Origin: Parcubacteria group bacterium
Lineage (GTDB): Bacteria > Patescibacteriota > Minisyncoccia > Phycocordibacterales > UBA2135
DNA length: 64,000 nt
Reading direction: 5' to 3'
NCBI GenBank assembly: GCA_016204045.1
Contig: JACQLQ010000001.1
Coordinates: 21,515-85,514, forward strand
How positions within the stretch are numbered: the stretch's first letter is position 1; each line of letters begins with the position of its first letter. Below are positions 57,094 to 64,000 of this stretch, piece by piece. The notes under the pieces were generated by a model. The model saw only the letters and a program-made list of their open reading frames with translations, made no database searches and had not been told where the DNA came from. The position numbers were made by a program, and so were the translations under genes.

Positions 57094-59094
57094 TTATGCG
57101 AAGCCATGGGCCCTCAGGGTGTTGCTTCCTTCACGGCTTTGGGCCCAAGTAGATAATCTTTTATTGCCGATAGCCGAAAGGTAGGTTTTAACATTGGAGA
57201 GGCTTCTCCCGACGGGTCGTGGGCCAAATACCGGGTCGGTGTACATCATTGAAGAAAGCTGATCAAAAAACCCGGTTGGCACAGCTGCGTCGTTGTGTTC
57301 CAATATTGCCCTAACGTGTCCCCCATGAAATTGCCTAAACATTGCCGCAGTCACCGTCGGGTCCGTAAACCAGCTTCCATTCAATTTCTCTACGGTGGCA
57401 GGGGTAACCGTCCTAATGGTATCTGGGTGTGCCCGTTCTGCTGGGGTGGTAGAGTATTGCCACCTGAGGCCTTCAATCGGCTTTGTACTTATGTTCCTAC
57501 TTTTAAGTTCAGCAATGGCCTGCGTTACGTCATCGGCGTTAAAATCTCGAGCCGCGCTAAGATTCCCCTTTTGAGCAAGAAGGCGTACTGCGGCAGCGCG
57601 ACGCGTGCCAGAAAGCGTTGAGGCAGCAACGTTCTTAACCGCGTCATCAGACAAAGCCTTGAGTTCAGCCTCCATTTTTTGGATATCAGTTTCTGCCCGT
57701 GCGCCAACTCGGCCCAATGCCTTAGTTGTTGCTGTGCCCAGAACGGGGATTCTACGGAGTGTTCCGGCAATGCGTCCAGTGACCCCCTTATCTGCCTTTT
57801 GAAATCCTTCTGCCGCCCTAGCTGCCTCTGCGACGAACGCAGTTCCAATAGCAGCCAAGGGTCTTTTAAAGACAAACCCCGCTCCTCCAGAGGCAGCCCC
57901 TGTTGCAAATCCGATGGCTTTTCCGCTCCAATTTGTGGCAATCTTACCCGCCTCTCCGGAGAGTGACTGCGCGTAACTGACCGCCATTTTTATCAAAATA
58001 TAGAGTACTGCAAACTTAAACAGGACACCTAGAATAAGGAGGATGAGGTCATTTAACTCATCGCCCAAACTTCCGTTAGCGGGGGTGCTTGTGATGCCGA
58101 CACTGTCAAAGAAAGGGGTGTCGACGATGAAATGCACGATGAGATACAAGAAGAAGAGGAACAAAGCCACAACAACCGATTGTTTCCAAAGCGTGCTCCA
58201 CCATTCGTTTGACTTCCCACGCATCCCAGGCACAATCCACGCAGCAAATGCGGCAGGTGCGGCGATCATGAGGAGCCAAAGTACCGGCACACGAATGAGG
58301 AAGATTGCGCTTGCGGTAAAGAGTGCCCACGCGAACATGAAGACGATGACTGACGCAGAAATAAACACAAACGCCATTCCTATATGGCCGCTTGCCGAAT
58401 CTTTCCATTTTGCGAAGCTTTCGTCGGCAAAAAGGGTTTGCGGATCGAATCCTGCAACAAGAGCGTCACTAATATTTTTTACGGGCACACCCCCAATATA
58501 TTTTTGAGTTGCTCCGGTAATCTCGAAGCTGTTATAAAACGCAAAAGCAAGGGTGTTGCCCGCATCGATGACAACACGAGTGAAGAATAAGCTGAAGTTA
58601 ATGAGAAGGGCCACGACAATGAGATTTGCAAGCGCGGTGCGCATGTTTACTCCACCCATCTGAAGCATGGTCGCGAACGCGATATAGAGGAGGATGAAGA
58701 TAAATGTAAGATTTGCGAGGTCGCGAACAATTTTCCACCCCTCTCTTGCAAACTCGGAATCAATTACTTGGCTCGAAAGAGAAAAAGCGATGGCGTAGTT
58801 AAACACGTTCCCGACCAGATGAAGCACCAGCGTAGATAATTTAAAGATAAGGCTAGTTAACTGCACTAAGCAGCCACTAATTTTGGTAACGCCACAGTCT
58901 GGAAGTGGATTGTCTTCTCCGGGTCGCTGACCCTGAATTGTTATTGGGCCGCTATTCGTCCCCCCTGGTTCTACTCCTTGAGCTTCAACGGTACCAAAAG
59001 AGGCAAACATTGAGCTGAAAAGCACCCCCAAAAACACCAACGTCAAGATGGCTTGTTTCCCGTAGGTTATTTTTTTGTATAACGTTGGCGACAT
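57094..59094 (-). CDS. Large polytopic membrane protein, VirB6/TrbL-like candidate
   Basis: Signal peptide, at least 8 TM helices and a C-terminal soluble region; size and position are consistent with a VirB6-like channel component. Confidence 0.4.
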   Translation of the reverse strand: MSPTLYKKITYGKQAILTLVFLGVLFSSMFASFGTVEAQGVEPGGTNSGPITIQGQRPGEDNPLPDCGVTKISGCLVQLTSLIFKLSTLVLHLVGNVFNYAIAFSLSSQVIDSEFAREGWKIVRDLANLTFIFILLYIAFATMLQMGGVNMRTALANLIVVALLINFSLFFTRVVIDAGNTLAFAFYNSFEITGATQKYIGGVPVKNISDALVAGFDPQTLFADESFAKWKDSASGHIGMAFVFISASVIVFMFAWALFTASAIFLIRVPVLWLLMIAAPAAFAAWIVPGMRGKSNEWWSTLWKQSVVVALFLFFLYLIVHFIVDTPFFDSVGITSTPANGSLGDELNDLILLILGVLFKFAVLYILIKMAVSYAQSLSGEAGKIATNWSGKAIGFATGAASGGAGFVFKRPLAAIGTAFVAEAARAAEGFQKADKGVTGRIAGTLRRIPVLGTATTKALGRVGARAETDIQKMEAELKALSDDAVKNVAASTLSGTRRAAAVRLLAQKGNLSAARDFNADDVTQAIAELKSRNISTKPIEGLRWQYSTTPAERAHPDTIRTVTPATVEKLNGSWFTDPTVTAAMFRQFHGGHVRAILEHNDAAVPTGFFDQLSSMMYTDPVFGPRPVGRSLSNVKTYLSAIGNKRLSTWAQSREGSNTLRAHGFA

Positions 59095-59111
59095 CGTGGT
59101 CGTAATTGTGT

Positions 59112-60665
59112 CTATTCTGTTTCGTCTGGTGGCGGGGTGGATGGAAAGACGTTGCAGGCCGCGATTTTTTCCTCCGTTTCGAGGTCAAGCGCAGTTGTCT
59201 GTTCTTCTGCTCCGCGTATCTCGTCTTCTGCTCTTACTACGTCAAGACTTGTGTGAAAGACACTTGCCGGAGAAGAGGTGCCCACTACTTCTGTTGCTTC
59301 ACGGAACGCCCTAATTGCCTCCTCAATCTCGGCGGGCGAATTCGCACTTTCCATATCAGCGAGGATAGAGGAGAGGCGTGACAGGTTCGCATCAGCTTTG
59401 GCGACGTCACCCGCGATACGAGTTTTTTCCGGTGTAATCCGTGTCGCTATAGTGGTTGTGGCGCTCAGGGCTCTCGATAGAGCTTCAGAACGATTTTCGG
59501 GAGTCAAAGCAACCTCCTCGCTTTTTCTTACATAACAAGCGTTTAATTGGCGAAGAAGATTTTCGGAGTCCTGAATGTGTCCAAGTGTCGTGCGCTTTGC
59601 TCTTCGGTAAGCGGTTTCCGTGTCACGGATAAATGTCACCGACTCAATGGCGACTATTTTGGCGCTTTCAGAGATGGCGCCGGATTCATTGCGTAGCCGG
59701 TTAGTGTACGAATTCCCACCGCCCGAAAGGGCGCGCAATCCACCAGCGAGCGCCTGTTCCGTGAGCTGTGTCATCAGGGCCGTTATAATCTCGTCAATTT
59801 CGTCTGCTATCTCGATTCGGCGTTTGTTGCTGTCGAGGGTATCATTCAGCTGGTGCTCGACGACCTTACCAGGAGTTGCGGTCTCGCAACGCTGTCGCGG
59901 CGCATCTACCTCCGGAGTGTCGGGGTTGTCCCACTGGACCGTCGTACACTCTTTCCATTCGAGAAAACCGTCTCCCCAACCAAGTCGCTCGAGCTCGCTC
60001 TGTCGGTTTATATCCAAACGTCGAGAGGCCTCATTGCTTGCGATAAGGTAACGTCCGTAGGCGTTGTTTTGTCCCCAAAGCACCATTCGTACAAAACGTT
60101 CGGTTCCGCCGTATCTGAAGTCGAACAAAAATTGCGCAAACGCCTCCTCAGCAATGTTCGGAGAGAGTAAATCCCCTCCCCGAATCGTCGCGCACGGGTC
60201 AGTGAGAGCAATGCTTCGTGCAAGGAGTATCTGTGAGCGAGAGTTTAGGCCTCTTGTGCTGCCAAGTTCATTAACAAAATCGTCGAAAGTGCCATAACAG
60301 GCGTTGGTGAGATGGCGATCAAGGTCTGTTATGAATGCGGGGTTTCCATCAAAGCCGGAGTTAATCCAGTCGATAATGTTTGCGGTCATTTGGCGGATAA
60401 TTGAGTTAATGAGCGCGAAAGCGATAGGGTCAAACACATACTCTTTAATCCACTCTGCATTGGCCCTAGCCACTTGCGTTACCGAGTTTGCCGCGGAGAG
60501 GGCGTTTTCCACCCAGTTGGTTGGGTCGTAGACAACGCTACCACTTGCCACCGCGTGCGCTTCTCTCGGCACCAAAAGGAATCCTGCCGAGGGCGCAAAA
60601 AGTGCCACAAGAAGGATAAGGGCGCACACCTTCTTAATTTGTAGAGGTAAAGCGTTCATATTCAT
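59112..60665 (-). CDS. Hypothetical secreted protein (517 aa) of the T4SS-like cluster
   Basis: MNMNALPLQIKKVCALILLVALFAPSAGFLLVPREAHA signal peptide; alpha-rich with coiled-coil-like segments. Confidence 0.35.
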   Translation of the reverse strand: MNMNALPLQIKKVCALILLVALFAPSAGFLLVPREAHAVASGSVVYDPTNWVENALSAANSVTQVARANAEWIKEYVFDPIAFALINSIIRQMTANIIDWINSGFDGNPAFITDLDRHLTNACYGTFDDFVNELGSTRGLNSRSQILLARSIALTDPCATIRGGDLLSPNIAEEAFAQFLFDFRYGGTERFVRMVLWGQNNAYGRYLIASNEASRRLDINRQSELERLGWGDGFLEWKECTTVQWDNPDTPEVDAPRQRCETATPGKVVEHQLNDTLDSNKRRIEIADEIDEIITALMTQLTEQALAGGLRALSGGGNSYTNRLRNESGAISESAKIVAIESVTFIRDTETAYRRAKRTTLGHIQDSENLLRQLNACYVRKSEEVALTPENRSEALSRALSATTTIATRITPEKTRIAGDVAKADANLSRLSSILADMESANSPAEIEEAIRAFREATEVVGTSSPASVFHTSLDVVRAEDEIRGAEEQTTALDLETEEKIAACNVFPSTPPPDETE

Positions 60666-60670
60666 CTCTC

Positions 60671-61669
60671 TTACTGTTTCTGAACAAGCTCCAAGGCCGC
60701 GTCAATCGCATGTGTAACGAAATATCCCGGCTCGTTTCCCGAAAAGGTAATACCGTGTTTTGTGAAAAGAAGTTCTGACTCCGAGAATGCGTTGTAGAGC
60801 AACTCGGCGTTTTCTTGATATTGTCGTACCGAGATCAAAGTTGCCATGGGGTCTTCAAAAGTGCGAGTGAATGTTTGTATGGTGTAGCGCATGCGTGCAA
60901 AACCTGTAAGGAACTCTGCGTGAAGTGTGGCGACGCTTGCCGGCGGAGTGAGCTTCTCAAGGTCATAGACGACGGCACCATACGCTGCTGCGACGGGATA
61001 TAGTTTCTCTAGTTCGCTTTTGTCGCCCGTTGTAATGGCGTCGCGGAGGATGAGCGCCTCATGTTTTGTTTTAAATGCATGCTTTTGAAGAATAGCCCCC
61101 AAATTGTTGCCATACTGGCGTATGCCCGCCTCCCCTCCGTCAGGGACTGTTTTTATTTGGGCGCTCGAATATGTTGGAAGCTCGGAGAGTGATGATGAAA
61201 CAGATTGTTCCGCGAGCGAAAGGGCAAGCGCGTCAGGGTTGGGACCAGAAGAGCTCTTTTTTGAGGCAAGGTAATCAACAAAAAGAGATTGTGCCACCTC
61301 CTCGGTCAAGTTGTGTTCGCCCCCACTTTCTCCGGCAAGTTGAGACGCTGTTTCTTTGGTGGTCGGGTCACGTTCTGCGAACACCTCTTTTCTGTCAGAC
61401 ACCCCATCTCCATCGGTGTCCGAGTTGGTTGGATTGGTTCCAACAAGTCTCTCTTCCCAGTCAGCGAGTCCGTCTTCGTCGGTGTCCTTTGAAAAATCTG
61501 GGTTTTTTGCCGCAAGGGTTATATGTTCTGTTTCACCAACTGTCGTCTCAACGCTTGACTGGTAACGCAAAGCAAAGAACACCACGGCAATGAAAAGGGC
61601 CGTCGCTATGAAGAAAAAAGCGAACTTTTTCTGTGCAAAATATTTCACGCTCGGTAATGCGCTATGCAC
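60671..61669 (-). CDS. Membrane-anchored protein with thrombospondin type-3-like Ca-binding Asp repeats
   Basis: N-terminal TM helix, then DTDEDGLADWEE and DTDGDGVSDRKE repeats. Confidence 0.4.
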   Translation of the reverse strand: MHSALPSVKYFAQKKFAFFFIATALFIAVVFFALRYQSSVETTVGETEHITLAAKNPDFSKDTDEDGLADWEERLVGTNPTNSDTDGDGVSDRKEVFAERDPTTKETASQLAGESGGEHNLTEEVAQSLFVDYLASKKSSSGPNPDALALSLAEQSVSSSLSELPTYSSAQIKTVPDGGEAGIRQYGNNLGAILQKHAFKTKHEALILRDAITTGDKSELEKLYPVAAAYGAVVYDLEKLTPPASVATLHAEFLTGFARMRYTIQTFTRTFEDPMATLISVRQYQENAELLYNAFSESELLFTKHGITFSGNEPGYFVTHAIDAALELVQKQ

Positions 61670-61755
61670 TTTAAATTATAGCAAGACGACACCCCTTTTG
61701 ATATGGGCTTTTGAAAGGTCTTGTGTGGATAAAGACCAAGAACTATAAGCGAGGA

Positions 61756-63387
61756 TTACAAAGCAGGAGCTGGGCGTTTTTTGAAATAGAAGAAGAGTTT
61801 CCCGCTAATCGATATTACTAGCGCCATGAAGAGGATTAGGTCCCCAAAGCGCGTATAGGGGGTGGCGCCAGTCGTCGGTGTGGTGGTTGCGAACAAAACA
61901 GCATTGCCAACACTAGCTGTTTCTGCAATAACAGCACCGTTTTCGTTAAGGACAAGGGAAATTGTGCCGTTTCCCGAGCGTATAAATGGGCGTCCGTGTT
62001 CAGCGGCACGTATACTACCCATATTTTTACTTTGTTTTTCCATGAGTTTTGAATTGTGGAACCATGAGTGTGAAGCAACATTTACAAAGACGCCAGGGCT
62101 TTTTTGTGCCATTTCACGATACAGTATGGGGCTCATGACGTCAGAGCAAAAGAGACCCCCGACCCTAACCCCAGCCACCTCGCCGGTTTCCATGGAGAAT
62201 CCCCGCGCATAGGAATGTCTTTCGGCCAGGCGATCAAACAAAGCACTTTTCCCAGCAGCTTTCTCTATGATTTGGTAAAAAAATGGTCGATACTCCCCTT
62301 GCGGAACCAACAATTGCTTGTCTTGTGTCGGCATGTCTCCCGTTTTCGTATTGAAATAGTACATGCGCAGGTGCATGGACGAGGAAGTGTCCCGAACAGA
62401 GCCGGAATCGATAATTAACCGCTCTTTTTCTCCTAGAATTGTATTGAAAAAATACCCAGCCCCTTCTTTGGGGAGAAGAGATTGTAAGAAAAGCGAGTCT
62501 TCCGGGAAAATGATGATATCCGGATTTTCCCCAGCTTTTCTTATTTGCGCAACCAATGACTCTAGGGCGAGAAAATTCCTTGTTTCCCCAATTTTCCCTT
62601 GAAAACCAGGGGGAAAATTGGTTTGCATGACAGCGACACGCAGGGAATGCTCATGATTTTGCTTTATACCCACGGAAAAGGGTGCAAAAAAAGTACTTAG
62701 AGCGACAAACGCCACCAAACCCCCTAAAAGTACGACTTTGCCCCTAAGGGCGCCGTGCCCCCGGAGGAGTATCCAAGAAACAGTGCTTGTCACCCCGACA
62801 ACTATGAACGAAAGAAGATAAACACCCCCAAGACTTGCAAATGAGCGAAGGAACGCATGTTCAGCAAGGGCATAGCCAAGTACGCCGACGCTCCAGTGCC
62901 CTCCGACAATCGTCCCCTCCCCATAGGCGAAAAGCGAAAACGCCCACGATCGAGCATATTCAAAAAGTATCCACAATGACGGGAAGAGCAGTATGTCAAA
63001 AGGTGTTTTTGTAAACAAGAAGCGTGCAGAAAGTCCCCAAAGAGCGGGAAAAATACCAAGAAAAAGAGAAATCGTACCCCAATACAGGAGAATGGCGATT
63101 CTTTGGAGTGCCGGGTCGGTAACGCCAAGCCAGTTCAAGGGAAGTGTGTGCCATAGCCACCACAAAACTCCCCCAAAGAAGATGGTTCCCCATAGCAAGC
63201 AAAGGAAGAATAATCGTTTGTTAAGAACACCCTCGTTGTAGATGCTCACGAGAAGAGGAGTGGGCGATAAGAAAATAAGCCACCAAAGAACGTCATATGA
63301 GAAAGCAAGAGCTCCGAGCAGGGCGCCAACAATGACGAGGCAATGGAGCATAAACGGTGAACCAAAAAACTTGAGAGATTGAATCAT
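61756..63387 (-). CDS. lnt: Apolipoprotein N-acyltransferase-like (polytopic N-domain + carbon-nitrogen hydrolase domain)
   Basis: About 7 TM helices, then a CN-hydrolase region RVAVMQTNFP...IIIFPEDSLF. The ATG overlaps the rsmA stop (ATGA). Confidence 0.55.
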   Translation of the reverse strand: MIQSLKFFGSPFMLHCLVIVGALLGALAFSYDVLWWLIFLSPTPLLVSIYNEGVLNKRLFFLCLLWGTIFFGGVLWWLWHTLPLNWLGVTDPALQRIAILLYWGTISLFLGIFPALWGLSARFLFTKTPFDILLFPSLWILFEYARSWAFSLFAYGEGTIVGGHWSVGVLGYALAEHAFLRSFASLGGVYLLSFIVVGVTSTVSWILLRGHGALRGKVVLLGGLVAFVALSTFFAPFSVGIKQNHEHSLRVAVMQTNFPPGFQGKIGETRNFLALESLVAQIRKAGENPDIIIFPEDSLFLQSLLPKEGAGYFFNTILGEKERLIIDSGSVRDTSSSMHLRMYYFNTKTGDMPTQDKQLLVPQGEYRPFFYQIIEKAAGKSALFDRLAERHSYARGFSMETGEVAGVRVGGLFCSDVMSPILYREMAQKSPGVFVNVASHSWFHNSKLMEKQSKNMGSIRAAEHGRPFIRSGNGTISLVLNENGAVIAETASVGNAVLFATTTPTTGATPYTRFGDLILFMALVISISGKLFFYFKKRPAPAL

Positions 63388-64000
63388 AAATCTGAAATTG
63401 TCTGCGCGAGCCTTTTCCACTCGTCGACCGAAAGATTTTCTGCTCGAGCGTTTACATTGACGGACGCCTTTTCAAAAGCATTTTTGTCGATGCCAGTGTG
63501 TGCCAAGTTACCCAAGAGTTTTTTCCGTGGATGCGCGAAGCCGGCGCGGAGAACAGTAAAAAATCTGTCTTCAGAAGTGGTGTCAAATGCACCACGGGAA
63601 ATGTTCTCTATGCTTAGGATTGCCGAGTCTACCTTTGGTGTCGGATCGAAGGAGCCTGCTCGTATTGTTTTGACATAGCGTGGTTCACCGTAGACCTTTA
63701 CCGATATTGAGAGGAGAGACTCTCGCCCACCCCCGATAATACGCCGCGCTACCTCTTTTTGGATAATGAGCGCGATCGTTTCTGGTTGTGGGTCAATCGA
63801 GAGGAAGCGTCGCAAAAAGAAACCCGTGATGTAGTAAGGAATGGAACCGACGAGCTTGTAACTCCCAGCTCCCAAGTTGTAGTTTTTTGGATCAAAAAGA
63901 AGAATATCAGCGGAAACGACCGTTAGTTTTCCATTTCCCACTTCCTCTGAGAACGTTTGCGCCAGTTCCGCAGCAAGAGCCTCGTCTTTCTCAACGGCAA
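63384..64000 (-). CDS. rsmA: 16S rRNA (adenine1518/1519-N6)-dimethyltransferase RsmA/KsgA, 3' part (gene continues beyond window end)
   Basis: C-terminal region VSADILLFDP...FDPTPKVDSAILSI... matches KsgA; the start codon lies outside the window. Confidence 0.7.
   Translation of the reverse strand, partial: AVEKDEALAAELAQTFSEEVGNGKLTVVSADILLFDPKNYNLGAGSYKLVGSIPYYITGFFLRRFLSIDPQPETIALIIQKEVARRIIGGGRESLLSISVKVYGEPRYVKTIRAGSFDPTPKVDSAILSIENISRGAFDTTSEDRFFTVLRAGFAHPRKKLLGNLAHTGIDKNAFEKASVNVNARAENLSVDEWKRLAQTISDL

Noticed and set aside
59106-59381. Plus-strand 91-aa and 79-aa ORFs at the VirB6-like/secreted-protein junction
   Set aside because: They are antisense to strongly supported minus-strand genes and have no features.

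Overview
This 64 kb window looks like a compact, housekeeping-dense chromosomal segment from a small-genome bacterium. Background GC is roughly 48-50%, and most genes are short and tightly packed. Gene content (PrgI/VirB4 cluster, type IV pilus genes, Dsb pair, no outer-membrane machinery) suggests a monoderm or CPR/Patescibacteria-like organism, but this is inference only.

It contains the replication-origin neighbourhood: dnaN and dnaA on the minus strand, facing rpmH-rnpA-yidD-yidC-jag on the plus strand, with AT-rich DnaA-box-bearing intergenic regions on both sides of dnaA, and a small DUF721/DciA-like gene directly downstream of dnaN.

Other clearly recognisable content:
- A metal-homeostasis cluster: a ZIP importer, a CPH-motif His-rich P1B ATPase (CopB-like) and a CDF exporter.
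- Recombination and repair genes: recJ, ruvX, ruvA, ruvB, ruvC, polA, holA and yebC.
- Cell-wall and translation genes: murE, PBP1A, uppS, tyrS, rplS, rpsT, tsaE, a SpoU methyltransferase and the rsmA 3' end.
- Type IV pilus genes: pilM-pilN-pilO, a prepilin and a PilB ATPase.
- A DsbA-like/DsbB pair.
- Seven tRNA genes: His, Leu, Val, Arg(TCT), Ser, Arg(GCG as read) and Lys.

The most notable region is an ~11.5 kb minus-strand cluster at about 50.2-61.7 kb that resembles the poorly characterised type IV secretion-like apparatus of monoderm and CPR bacteria. It encodes a VirB2/TrbC-like pilin with a Cys-rich extension, a VirB4-family ATPase apparently split into two ORFs, a PrgI/VirB3-like protein, a large VirB6-like membrane protein and several secreted proteins of unknown function. 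No relaxase or coupling protein is present in the window.

Further oddities:
- A GC-rich (~65%) glycine-zipper lipoprotein gene with its own GC-rich terminator, probably horizontally acquired.
- Tandem ~40 bp repeats between tRNA-Val and tRNA-Arg that are degenerate copies of the tRNA-Val 5' third.
- A tRNA-like element downstream of tRNA-Ser: acceptor-stem-like ends bracketing three regular hairpins.
- Several long intergenic inverted-repeat elements.

All calls come from reading the translated ORFs and the nucleotide sequence directly; no database search was possible.
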